Below are positions 38,661 to 51,823 of a DNA stretch of 64,000 bases, piece after piece. The translations under genes and the position numbers were made by a program. The notes below the pieces were generated by a model. The model did not search any database, was not told the DNA's origin, and saw only the letters and a program-made list of their open reading frames with translations. Each line of letters begins with the position of its first letter. Within the stretch, counting starts at the first letter, position 1. Source of the DNA: Haliotis cracherodii (lineage: Eukaryota); assembly GCF_022045235.1 (NCBI RefSeq), contig NW_027266270.1, forward strand, positions 34,906,001 through 34,970,000, given 5' to 3'.

Positions 38661-38831
38661 TACCTCTTCACGAGAGGGATAACTGATAAGATGTGTAAAA
38701 AGAATAAACGTGGTGAAAAACCACTGCAAGTTGCAGAATCACGTGGCCACAAAGTTGTTGTTGGCATTCTGAAATCCGTTCCGAAACGAGGGTTGAGGCG
38801 TAGCTTTTTCAGCAGAAAGAAGACGCAGTAG
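38190..38831 (+). pseudogene. In-frame continuation of the ankyrin array and original C-terminus beyond two stops
   Basis: Same frame as 35905-38189. A second stop (TAA) is at 38298-38300, followed by intact units, a capping repeat (KPLQVAESRGH) and a basic tail ending at TAG 38831. Confidence 0.75.
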
Positions 38832-39114
38832 ATGTATGAATATTGGAATGGTCAATACGCTGCATGGCAGTAGATGTATGCATATTGCAGGACTGGTGCG
38901 CGACTAGAAAAGTATTCAAGATTTGTCACACAGTTAAAGACGTGTGACTGACGTTAAAACCCTCTAGCCGATAGCAATATACATAAACGAGATAAACAGT
39001 ATTAATTTTCCTTGCAACTGTCAAATGTATACAGCTTTTGCATGTACCTGTTTTTTGTAAATATCACGTTTGTCTAGTCACCTCAAGTGATCATGCGACA
39101 ATACTATTTTCAGG

Positions 39115-39380
39115 GGTGGACGGGGTGCCATGGGTGGCCCAGTCGTCTAAGGCGCTCAAATCGCTGCGTCCCTTGGACTCTGTACTTGAGTTCGAATCCC
39201 TATTCACCCCAATTATATTTCTAGATTTCTCCGCACTATACCCGTGCTCGTGGGTTTCCACAATGTGGTAAACGCCCGAGACCTGCATCATGTCGGGCAT
39301 CCCTTCCACACTAGCTGACACGCCGTGATATAACTGGAATACTGTTCAAAGCGCTCATAAACCCAACTCACTTACTCACT
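39115..39380 (+). mobile_element. tRNA-derived SINE (family C)
   Basis: A-box-like GGTGGCCCAGTCGTCTAAGGCGC, B-box GAGTTCGAATCCC and a CTCACT tail. Relatives at about 44860-45000(-), 48095-48250 and 49850-50090. Confidence 0.75.
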
Positions 39381-42149
39381 ATTTTCAGTGACAATGTGTA
39401 CAGTTCATTTAAAGGGTGTGGAACAATCTTACAACAAACCTAAAACTAATTAAACCCCCATATGACATTTAATAAAAGAGTATTTGGAAAATCCCATTAA
39501 TGCATATACTTATCTTGAATATCAATGCTATAAAATTCGTTTAAACATAACCAATGCATATTGTTCTATTGCTGCAGTCAGTTGAAGACATGATAAACGT
39601 TGATATTAGACAGACATTCCCAAAATGATACGAGTTAAAACTTTAAACAAACGAGTAAATATTCTACATAAACCATTGAAGATTGTTATACGTATGTACA
39701 TTTAGATCAATTATTACATTCTGTTTCAATACTAAGTTCCCCTTATTTGAACAAAAGAGTTTTGAAATTAATCATTTGCTTTTGATCAACAATTTAAGAT
39801 AAACAATATTTCAAAAAGACTGATTAAGGCAATAAAGTTATGTCAGTCTGACAGTTGTATTGTAAATATGATCCCACTTTCTATTCAGGTTAATAATTAT
39901 TGTGTGTCGTATATAAACCGTTCATATGATGGTTGTTGATAGCTCCTTACCTTTATCTAAATACTAGTATTTTGTGTATCGTTTCCTATGTTATGTCTGT
40001 ATTTTGTGTAGTTATAAACTACTCTGGGATAGATTATATGTCAAGAATTATCATTGGATATCATTGGAATCCTCTGAGAATAACGTTATGTTTTAATAGC
40101 AGTTGATGATCACTCTGTCAAAATAGAACTGGCACATGACATTAAATCATGCAAGGACTTCTATTTCACCAAATCGCACGAATGGTGCATCATTATATAT
40201 TGTTTTCTCTAGTTTTACCCAGATCATGATGCTGTTAGAATGTTAGTTTTGTTCCAGGAGATATCTCCACCCTAACACATACACATGCCTTCATATATTT
40301 TATATTTTCTCTCGTTAACAACTTATTGTCGTGAAATATGGTGAAGGTTTGGTACTCATGTGGTCCCTTCCTTGCTAATCTGATTCTTTATGCATATTGA
40401 TCCGTATTTCTGAAAATTTCAAAACACGAGAATATGGCCAATAAGTTTAACTTAAGCTTCGATTCGGGTAAAGCGATGGTCTCATATCATTCAGTATGGA
40501 TCTAATAGCTAATAACTTAAGCTTCAGGTATATCGACGATCAGATATTCAATACTGTCAAATAGCAATTCCCTTCCCTTCATTTACCCATCTGAAAGAAA
40601 ACGTTTCATCTGTTTTATATTAATATCAATGCAGAGAGATTCAGAGTGACAAAAATATCCACAAAACTGTAAAACCCATGTTGAAGATACAGTCGGAATC
40701 GTACAATTGAATCTGCTTCAACTGTCCCTACAATATTAGTGAACATGTGTAGAAAGATGGGCTAATGGTGCACCATGGAAAAAACGCTTTGAATTATCAA
40801 GTTAGCATTGCTTCAAATTTGTAAATATTTCAGGTTTTAATTAATAACGTAATGACCATCTCCGTCTATAGTCCATATGCACGCATATAAATAATCAATT
40901 GCATTCTAACCATTCCATTTAAAGTCATCACACAACGAACAGATTAGGTCAGATAAGATCTATTTGTACGTTGCTTATATTTGGGAAGTTATGTGTTATA
41001 CATGTATAATCTGCCATACTGAACGGAAGAGTGAACAGTGACAATGCCGTCCCATAAACCCTGGTATCAAAGCCACGACTGCATCTATCATGGAATGAAA
41101 CATTGCATCTATCATGCTGCGCATGCACTGGTGAAATTCAAAACGTTCAGTGTCTTTTGATGTATCTGTGATGTACTATTAAAACCCATATGTACACTGT
41201 TTGTTTATCAATGAATCGTCATCTTTTGCGTAAAGATAATAATGTGACTCAGGGGGAAAGAAAACGTTTTGATGTTACGTGTACTCATGGAGGCGAAATA
41301 AATTAATAATGTTGACACTGTTGAAGTAACAGTCCATCCTTTCCACACTGTGCGTTTTAGACAGGACATGTACTGCAAAGTTACTTGACAGGTAGTGGCA
41401 AGTATAATATATGTTCACCTCCATAACTGCAATGACAGAATATTTCTGATTGATTATAATAATTTCCACTGCAATAATTGTGGATAACATTCATAAGACA
41501 GGTCAGTCTGTGGTTGTACATCGAAGGCTGTGAAGCCTTCTCAAGAGGATAGATAATAACTAAGTGTAGAAACTTAACTCCAATAATGGTGGCATTAAGC
41601 TACTAAGTGTATGACTTACAGTTTTCATCTCTTATATCCCATTAATTATGTATTGTTGTATTTTATAGTTGCTTCAGGAAAATAAAGCTATCAAATAAAA
41701 TCTATGAATCTGTTCTTGTTTCTATGCAAATAATTACTCATGAAGATGTTGAGGTGCAAAATCAAGAACGCTCGGACCCGTCCCCTTCGGCGTCTGTCCG
41801 AACCTGGGCCGCATATTAAGTTATCATTCGTTTTGCTTCAACGAAATGTCCTTTAAAGTTTATGGCCGCCCTATGTTTCATTGCAGTAACTTAGCTGCGA
41901 ACCATGAAATGATAGCAACAGACGCCATCTTGTTTTCCATCAGATGAGTCAATATTCATTACGTGACAGGCCAAAACTGATCATGTGATAAGTCAATATT
42001 CGAGGTCAGTGGCAGTTACATGATTTGGGGGTCTACATTTCAATGTATTGTTTCGTCACATGATGACAGTTTAACCAATGGAATTGCAAGATTAATAGAG
42101 GAATAACAATTCACAATTTATTACCTGAATGTTAACAGTTTTTAACCCG

Positions 42150-42880
42150 TGAACGAGACCAAAGGAAATGCAAGTATTTTATAGGCAAATGATGAAATAG
42201 TATTGACTTTAACGCAGTGGAGTTTGGGTTTCATCCTTAAGCGATTGACCTTTTTCAGTCTAGTGGTCATTAGGTGAGTATATCCTGGCAATTTCAGTTC
42301 ACCCACATCATTAGCCCATCTTTCTACACATGAAATTATGTTATATCCAGACAATCAATTGATAACGTTAAATAATTCCAGCTTTTGTAAGTCTTTTCGT
42401 TATCAGATTGTATGGTTAAAGTTGTCTTTACCTTGCCACTCCACTATCTGCTGGTCGATCTCGTCGTCACACACGTGAACGGGGTGAGCGTCTTCATTGG
42501 AGTGATGTGTGCACCATCTTCTGTAGGTGTGTATATCCTACTGTCGCGATCGATGTATGGTTTTTCAGGGTCGCAAATGTATCTGCTTTTCTTTCTCTGT
42601 CAATGAAAGGCTTTTATTTCGACGTGTTTCCCTCATCCGCTGGCTATAGTCTTTGGAAAGGCCAATAATGTGTCCCTTTAACTTCTTTGTTGATTTCGGG
42701 ATTGTTGTCTTGTTTTTACTGTGACAAGAATAGCTTTTTTTGCAGAAAACTAAATTGTTTATTTTTATATATTAATGTTTAAGATAGTGTATCAGCTTGT
42801 CCCCGAAGATAAACGTTTTCTTCAGCAATGATATTCAAATCTGTTTTCTATTTTTTTAATTTGTTCAGATAAACCTTGAA
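42150..42880 (-). mobile_element. Degenerate non-LTR retrotransposon ORF1/endonuclease junction
   Basis: The minus strand gives YNIISCVERWA...LPGY (EEP-endonuclease N-terminus-like), preceded by K/R-rich ORF1-like fragments. Many lesions. Confidence 0.4.
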
Positions 42881-45382
42881 AATTGTCTTTCATCTCTTTT
42901 CGCATTTCATATATTTTTTTGGGAAAAATACAGTTGAAGTCATGTCGTTGATGGCTGTTAACGTTACGTCGCCATCGTCATGGTAAAGTAAGGAGACTTC
43001 GAATCTGTATTCAATCAAATGAGGGATACAATCAAACCTTCTTAGTCCGGACCCTTTTAAACCTCCATCAGCACTACAACTCCTCTGAACATTTACAAGA
43101 GCATATAAAGTGTGATTTCTCAATGAACATGCTCGTTGTGTCCGGACAATTTCACTTGGATCGGTACCTACTGTCTCAATGGGCTTACAGTGAATAATCT
43201 TTGTTTTGGGCTGTTTTACGCAGCATATACGATAGTGGACTATCGTATATGCTGTATCATGGCTTGATTAGACAAACCAGTGATTTATAATATGAATATT
43301 GTCCAACACCGTCGGTCTGCGATGACACGCAATCATCCAAGTCAACGACTATTTAGTCATCAAAGGAGGGCTTGGAGTAAATTCTAACAAGGGTTCGCAC
43401 CATCCACGATTATTCAGGGTATTATTTCTTCCACGTTTTGTTTTCACTTTTAAGGGCAATGAAGTGTTTCGTCGGATAATTTCAGAAGTGACTTCACCAT
43501 CTCAAACCCCAAATATACATGTATATTTATAGTAAAGGAATGGAGATATGACACAGAGTGAGATATATAACTAGTGGATAGGGGTTGTAATTATTGAATT
43601 TGATCACTTTCCATCTTTGGTAATGACTAACTAGTGTCGTTCAAAGTGCCCCCATGCCTAATCTCACATTTACAGTCATGCTATTCAACCTTGTCGTGGA
43701 TTGGTGTTTACGTTTAGAAATAGTTTGTACTCATTCACAGTTCTTCAAACAGAGGCGTGGGTGTCTTTTCGTCATTATGTTTGAAATACGAAAGGAATTT
43801 ATTGGGGTGCAAAAGCAAAGAATAATGTTTAGGCTTCATAGTTACTCATTTTCGATCCAACAACAAAGTTATTCCAACGCAACCCCAAGAGTTTGTTTCA
43901 GAGGCGGTGCACGGACCAATAAACTACAGGAAGTGCAGCTATTTAAGACATAAGCGGCAAGTGGTTTGTTTTCCATACAGTGTTTATTGTATGATAAAGG
44001 AGAACGAGTCGTTTATTTCTTATGAGATATCAATATTATGTACAACTTCTTTACAGATGATGATAAGCTATAAGAATATTAATACAACCAGACCTCGGCA
44101 ATGTTGGACAAGTCAATTTTATGAACAGGTGGGTTAAGTTTGGTATATCCGTCATATTCTCATAATCCTTATGTCGATTATCTGTACCATTCCTCCCAAT
44201 ACCGATTGTCGTATATCTCCCACTTTTGGATGTCATCGTTCGGCCACTGCGTTAATATGCATTACCCAGCTACATCTAATCACGAGACACTTCTCTCTAA
44301 AAATAACGTCGTCAAATTTACGTCATCAAGTTGCGCATGTTCTAATCTCCATGACAGAACAATGTTTTATCCTGAAACTAACCACGCTTCGTTCTCCATT
44401 GTTCTTTGCTATTTATCGCGTCTTATATATCAATATACATATGTTTAAAAACAGCTGGTTTTATGGGTAGATAGTTCACTTAACATCAACAGTGTTACCT
44501 AATCGCAGAGACTTATGACCAATTGTCCGATATCCTAACACTCAAACCCGATGTTGAACTCTCTCACAAAGGCTTCGGAGCATACACTAATCATTCATTC
44601 GGCACGGAAAATCAGCAATTCCTCAGTTCGTTGGTTTATCTCAAAAGCAGTTTCAGAAACATGCATTATGCAGCAGGGATACACATCGATATAGCCTTTA
44701 CCCTTGGAATGCCGCACAAAACCTGATCACTCACCCTGTTGCAGCAGGACATACTTTGACATATCACCATTTAACGCAGCTTCAAACAGCATATCATTTA
44801 TATCACGACGTGTCAGTATGATGCTGGTGGAAAGGGATGCATGTTCTAGACGTTAACTGCTTTGGCTGAAACTTACGAGCACGGGTTTAGTGCTGGCAAA
44901 CTTAAGAACATAATCAAGGCGACCTGAGATTCGAACTAAATATCATAGGTTTCCGACGCTTCCGGCGCTTAAGAAGAAGGGACCACCGGTGTCCCTGTTG
45001 TGAAAAGTATGAACCCATCAATATTGATTGTGTTCACTGATACACTGTTGAATACAGTTTAAGTATTAGAAGAGCACTGTGAATTAATATGAGAAAATAC
45101 TGTATGTTTGTACCGAGGTAGTAATGAGAAAAGGGGTGTATATTTGTAAGCAACGTCATTGCCCACGTGACGTTAAAACATCCCAATTAGAAAAAATGGG
45201 ATGTCCTCAGAGATTCATCTAGAGGAAGTGAGAACTAAGATCTGATTTTCATGAGATTGAGTAAAGTGTTATATCTCCAAGAATAAAAGTTATCTCCCTT
45301 ACATCACAACCACGCCACTGGATCGTGCATTGCCGCGCCTACATGACAGGGTCGGCCGTGTCCAAAATGAGGGCAGAAATAC

Positions 45383-46100
45383 ATGCGTGCATATATGTGT
45401 ACATGTATGTATATGTGTATGAATATGGGTAAATGTTTGTGTGTGTATGNNNNNNNNNNNNNNNNNNNNNNNNNNNNNNNNNNNNNNNNNNNNNNNNNNN
45501 NNNNNNNNNNNNNNNNNNNNNNNNNNNNNNNNNNNNNNNNNNNNNNNNNNNNNNNNNNNNNNNNNNNNNNNNNNNNNNNNNNNNNNNNNNNNNNTGTGCG
45601 GATGTACTTACATTTGTGTATGCGCGTTTGTACATTTGTGTATGTGCGTGTGTACATTTGTGTATGTGCGTTTGTACATTTGTGTATGTGTGTGTGCGTT
45701 TGTACATTTGTGTGTGTGTATGCGCGTATGTGCATTTGTGTTTGTGCATGTGCGTATGTACATTTGTGTATGTGTGTGTGCGTTTGTACATTTGTGAGTG
45801 TGTATGCGCGTATGTGCATTTGTGTTTGTGTATGTGCGTATGTAACATTTGTGTTTGTGTGTGTGCGTGTGTACATTTGTGTGTGTGTATGCGCGTATGT
45901 GCATTTGTGTATGTGCGTATGTACATTTGTGTATGTGTGTATGTACATTTGTGTATGTGCGTTTGTACATTTGAGTATGTGTATGTGCGTATGTACATTT
46001 GTGTATGTGTGTATGTACATTTGTGTATGTGCGTATGTTACTTATTTTTGTGTATGTGCTTTTGTACATTTGTGTATGTGCGTATGTACATTTGTGTATT
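45383..46100. repeat. Degenerate TG-rich simple satellite containing an assembly gap (N at 45450-45594)
   Basis: Reiterated TGTACATTTGTGTATGTGCG variants plus a run of Ns. Confidence 0.95.
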
Positions 46101-47885
46101 ATGTTTCCATTTACCTAAAACATAGCTCAAGCCCACAGGTCGGCTTCCTGCGAGACGTTTCCTGGATTATCAGTGTCTAGCCCGTGATATGCATAGCCTC
46201 CACTTCAAATGAAAAGATTAAATTAACTTTGTTTTACTTATTTTAGTATGTCTCATACATAAATCATTTGATCGTTTAAGACATAATTAACAACATATAT
46301 ATCATCAAATAACAATATTTGCCCGACTTCAGTGTCTGCCATCTGGTTACACCTTGGTAATGGCCGATGATAGTTACACCTACGGCGATTTTCATCAGGA
46401 AACATTGATAATCCGTTGTCCTTAAATGATATTGTGAGTTGGTTGAATATGAATTTTCTTGACGAAGATTTAGATCTGGAGATATTTAGGACAGAAGCTA
46501 CCCGATAGCTTTCTTGATCCTTCGAAGTCGTAAATGAAGCATCCAAAATACAATCTCGTCTATTTTCTAAATTTCCCTCTGGCTATATAAAGTGATAAGT
46601 CATCTTGCAATTGCAAAACATGTTCGTAGTTATATGTAAAGGATAAATGAAAGTGAAGTCCACTAATCTATTATCTAAACCAAGTTAGTCCACTCGACCC
46701 ACCTGCCATTCGATAACACAACGGAACGTTCTGCGGTCCAAGGCCGATAACTGAAAGCGATTTTCGTACATATTTATGTTTTAATAGATGAATTAGACCA
46801 TGAAGCAGAGTAGTTCATCATCCCATTTCGATTACTCAGTTTGTTCTTGTTGAAGAACAGTTTGATGTGTTGGGCGCAAATAGACGTTGAATTGTCTAAG
46901 GCGCCCGACAACCCAAACACCACACCATACCAAACACACTTACAATCAGCTGATCAATGAACTATAGTTGTAATGCACATCATGTGAGGAGCTGTTGAGG
47001 CTAATGTAAATTGCGTACCTTTTTACTGACGAAATCACTCAAACAAGTAGTTTTAGCTTGCATAATTCACACGATTAACTATGATTTGTATTAATCCAGA
47101 CGATGTGGTGGAAGTTAACGATGAAGGAAATTACGCTGGAAAATCAACCCATGTATGAAGTCTAAACAAAGAACATGTCTCAACGATTTGAAAAATGCCC
47201 TACAATGAAGCTGCCGAAAACGCGAGATCGGCAATAAATCGTCGTTTTTCTGCGACTCGGCAGAGAGGAACATTGATGTCGGTTAGAGAGACAGTTCTGA
47301 CGAGTCAAAGTCCTCCTGATTGGGAAATTAAAATCCAGTGCAGAAGATGAGCGTTCTCGACAAATGTAACAAAAGGATTTCATTTCACCAGCATGTTTAC
47401 AACACTTTTCCACATACCTTCATTCGACCACAAAACCTGTTATCCTCCCTTAACGAGTACGGTACGTTCGACAATCCACTTCATTTGTAGGGGCTGATAA
47501 TTCTACTAACAACTAACAATGAATTAAAACAGAACATCGGATTGTGTCCAGAGTGATGAAGCGACACCCGACAAGCGGATATACTCTACGGGCAATGGTA
47601 ATGCATCTGCCGAATCACTGTTTCTTCACTGTCGAATTGTGGTGATTGCAACACCGAATATGGAAAACACTTGGTACTAAGAAATACAATGGAAATCATA
47701 TCAATTTTCAAAATGCATGCATGAAATGCCGCGTAGTGCAGGTTAAAAAAATACACACTTGTCTCCGACCTAAATCCATTCAAGCAATGATTGATGCTGG
47801 TTTGAACTGAGGCACATCATGTTCATAAGTGGACACAAAAATGAAAGCTCTGTGAGCTCAGCGCCCCTCGTGGTTTATACTTCCT

Positions 47886-47937
47886 GTATGCGTATGCGTA
47901 TGCGTATGCGTATGCGTATGCGTATGCGTATGCGTAT
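47886..47937. repeat. (GTATGC)n microsatellite
   Basis: Seen directly. Confidence 0.95.
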
Positions 47938-49359
47938 TAATATGTGTATGAATTCGCGTATGTATATGTGTAGGTCTATGTGTATTTGTAGAATGTATAC
48001 GCGTATGTGTATGTATTGTGTGTATGTGTATGCATACGTGTAGACTTGCGTCTCGTGGGCACGAAAGAAACCTTTGATCGTGAGGTTGTATTACCGTATC
48101 GCCCCGATTATATTTCTTGATTTGTGAGCACCAAACCCATGCTCGTGGGTTTCACCAAATCTGTAAACGTTTAAGACCTGCATCACTTTGGGATTTCCAC
48201 CCACATTAAGCTGACACACCATGATATAACTGAAATACTGTTCAAAACCCCGTGAGAGGGTGTGTAAGACCACGCCATTCAAAGTATATTTGAATGCCAC
48301 GTTTTTGATTATACAGCCCATCTATCTATAGCCCATTTATATATTGGGTTGTATACTGATGATTTATTGTTTTATATGTTTTCAACTAGTTTTATAATGA
48401 ATCTGTGATATTCTACTGCCCATAAATACATTTATTTGGCGTAGAGATATGTATTATATACGTATAACTTGCTGACATTTTGCCGATGTGACGTAAAATT
48501 TTAACGCACTCACCCACTGTGTATCTTCAACATGAATGTTTACAGAACAGATGGCAAAGGGTTCACATCGACAATGTTACAGTCATAACATGATTTGAAG
48601 AAGTTATGCATATATAGCACATATGAAGCTGCCGTCAAAGGACAGTATAACAACTAGTAATATATCACAGTTGTTGTTTTAAGACAAGTTTGACAACATT
48701 GAAAAGAACAGACTATGACGGACAACACAATATAAAACAAACGAGCTTAAGTTTGGTCATCATACCCGGGACCATGGGAACATACAGTACTTTTGCTACC
48801 TGCATGGTTCCCCTGCAGGATTTACGCCATCCCTAAAGTCGCTGGTGATTGTTAACAAGATGAGACACATGTTAAAGCACACAAATATTCTGCGGTTAAA
48901 ACAGTGGTAGAAATAAAAATACTTTGAATGACGTGATCTTCGAAGATTCTTATCGTATTCGTAAATAAGACAACCTCAACGAATTGTTCTTATCTTAGAA
49001 AGAAGTGATTTAAAAACATAGATTTTGAGTTTCAATTTTTTACAATAGTCTTCAGATAAGAGAATTAATTTGATAAAAAGACAAATAATCACATCTGTAA
49101 AAGGTTCAGCTAATGTACCATCAAATCCCTGTTTTAAAGATCAACCACTACGCCTTATACAACCAAGAAAGTATTTGAGAGAAGTGGAATTAACACCATA
49201 TGTGACTTACAGGGTCTGCTTGAATGTTTGCTATCTCGGAAAAGGAAATTAGATGATGATTAAACATTTGATTTTTCATCTCCAATACGAGAAAAGGTCT
49301 GCATTCGATGATCCATTGGCATTTGTCACTAAACTTTGGTGAGCATATAATAATTATTT

Positions 49360-49700
49360 ATTTGAGTTGCTGGGCTTCCTCATAGACAACATCAACGTTA
49401 AATTTGGGAAAATGTCTGTCAGGCAAGAGGCAGGCATCCCCAATGGGCACCAATTGTGTTTCCTTCCTTGCTGATCTGTTTCGTTATGCTATCTTACAAT
49501 AATAGTCAAATGGCCGATTCTATTCCACTGATTTACCCACGAGAACTAAAGAAGAGACCCGTGAAACCACCTCATCTATTCCATATCAAAACATGCATAC
49601 AGATTGAGAGTGGCAATATCTACACAACACTGCATGACAAGGGGGGATTATTTCAACTTTCCAATAGTCAACTTCCCTTTATAGCCATAAGGAATGTCCG
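49360..49700 (+). mobile_element. Penelope-like RT fragment
   Basis: LLGFLIDNINVKFG, GIPMGTNC, YTTLHDK and FNFPIVNFPF appear across frameshifts. Confidence 0.7.
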
Positions 49701-50181
49701 CTAAGACGCACACCTCTCTCACAAAAGATGCTACTGTGTTAACGTTGGCAAGGTGACGTTTGGTGAGTCGCCGATGATCCATACTCATATCATGCATTTT
49801 GTCACATTTTCCATAGTGGAGTCAGTTGAAGGTCTTCCAAATCTGTTGGCATGGGTTGTCCAGTCGTCCAAAGCCCCACAGTTCACTATGATGCGTCCTA
49901 TGATCGTGGGTTCGAATCCTGGTTCACCCCAATAATGCTTCTAGGTTTGTCAGCATTACACAAGTGTTGGTTGGTTTCACCTAAGTGGTCTGAGACCTGC
50001 ATCACTTCGGGTTTTCCTCCCACATTTGGCTGGGGCGACGTGATATAAATGAAATACTGTTTAAAGCGGCGTTAAACACTCGATCACTCAACTTTCCTAG
50101 ATGCTATCTTTTCCAGCCTTGAACCACGCTGTCCAACTCTTAACGGTGGCAAACGGAAGGAGCAACATTCCCTTGAGCTGA

Positions 50182-51823
50182 CACCATGTCCGCATGGATG
50201 ATTATTTGAGTTGTCCCTTTCACCATGTCCGAATGGATGGTTATTTGAGTTGTCCCTTTCACCATGTCCGCATGGATGGTTATTTGAGTTGTCCATTTCA
50301 CCATGTTCGCATGGATGGTTATTTGAGTTGTCCCTTTCACCATGTCCGCATGGATGATTATTTGAGTTGTCCCTTTCACCATGTCCACATGGATGGTTAT
50401 TTGAGTTGTCCATTTCACCATGTCCGCATGGATGACTATTTGAGTTGTCCCTTTCACCATGTCCGCATGGATGGTTATTTAAGTTGTCCCTTTCACCATG
50501 TCCGCATGGATGGTTATTTGAGTTGTCCCTTTCACCATGTCCGCATGGATGGTTATTTGAGTTGTCCCTTTCACCATGTCCGCATGGATGGTTATTTATG
50601 TTGTCTCTTTCACCATGTCCGAATGAATGACTATTTGAGTTGTCCTTTTCACCATGTCCGCATGGATGGTTATTTGAGTTGTCCCTTTCACCATGTCCGC
50701 ATGGATGGTTATTTGAGTTGTCCCTTTCACCATGTCCGCATGGATGGTTATTTGAGTTGTCCCTTTCACCATGTCCGCATGGATGGTTATTTGAGTTGTC
50801 ACTTTCACCATTTCCGCATGGATGGTTATTTAAGTTGTCCCTTTCACCATGTCCGCATGGATGGTTATTTGAGTTGTCCCTTTCACCATGTCCGCATGGA
50901 TGGCTAGTTGAGTTGTCCCTTTCACCATGTCCGCATTGATGGTTATTTGAGTTGTCCCTTTCACCATGTCCGCATGGATGGCTAGTTGAGTTGTCCCTTT
51001 CACCATTTCCGCATGGATGGTTATTTGAGTTGTCCCTTTCACTATGTCCGCATGGATGGTTATTTGAGTTGTCCATTTCACCATGTCCGCATGGATGGCT
51101 AGTTGAGTTGTCCCTTTCACCATGTCCGCATGGATGGTTATTTGAGTTGTCCCTTTCACCATGTCCGCATGGATGGTTATTTGAGTTGTCCCTTTCACCA
51201 TGTCCGCATGGATGGTTATTTGAGTTGTCCCTTTCACCATTTCCGCATGGATGGTTATTTGAGTTGTCCCTTTCACCATGTCCGCATGGATGGTTATTTG
51301 AGTTGTCCCTTTCACCATGTCCGCATGGATGGTTATTTGAGTTGTCCCTTTCACCATGTCCGCATGGATGGTTATTTGAGTTGTCACTTTCACCATTTCC
51401 GCATGGATGGTTATTTAAGTTGTCCCTTTCACCATGTCCGCATGGATGGTTATTTGAGTTGTCCCTTTCACCATGTCCGCATGGATGGCTAGTTGAGTTG
51501 TCCCTTTCACCATGTCCGCATTGATGGTTATTTGAGTTGTCCCTTTCACCATGTCCGCATGGATGGCTAGTTGAGTTGTCCCTTTCACCATTTCCGCATG
51601 GATGGTTATTTGAGTTGTCCCTTTCACTATGTCCGCATGGATGGTTATTTGAGTTGTCCATTTCACCATGTCCGCATGGATGGCTAGTTGAGTTGTCCCT
51701 TTCACCATGTCCGAATGAATAACTATTTGAGTTTTCCTTTTCACCATGTCCGCATGGATGGTTATTTATGTTGTCCCTTTCACCATGTCCGAATGGATGG
51801 TTATTTGAGTTGTCCCTTTCACC
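50182..51823. repeat. 39-bp tandem array, 42 units, with a 585-bp higher-order duplication
   Basis: Consensus CACCATGTCCGCATGGATGGTTATTTGAGTTGTCCCTTT. 1,638 bp / 39 = 42 units with no net indels. The pattern of variant units recurs at +585 bp. Confidence 0.95.

Noticed and set aside
45304-46180. Long His/Thr or Cys/Val ORFs
   Set aside because: Translations of a TG-rich simple satellite that spans an N gap.
50182-51823. CRISPR-like regular array
   Set aside because: The units are head-to-tail with no unique spacers, there are no cas genes, and the context is eukaryotic.
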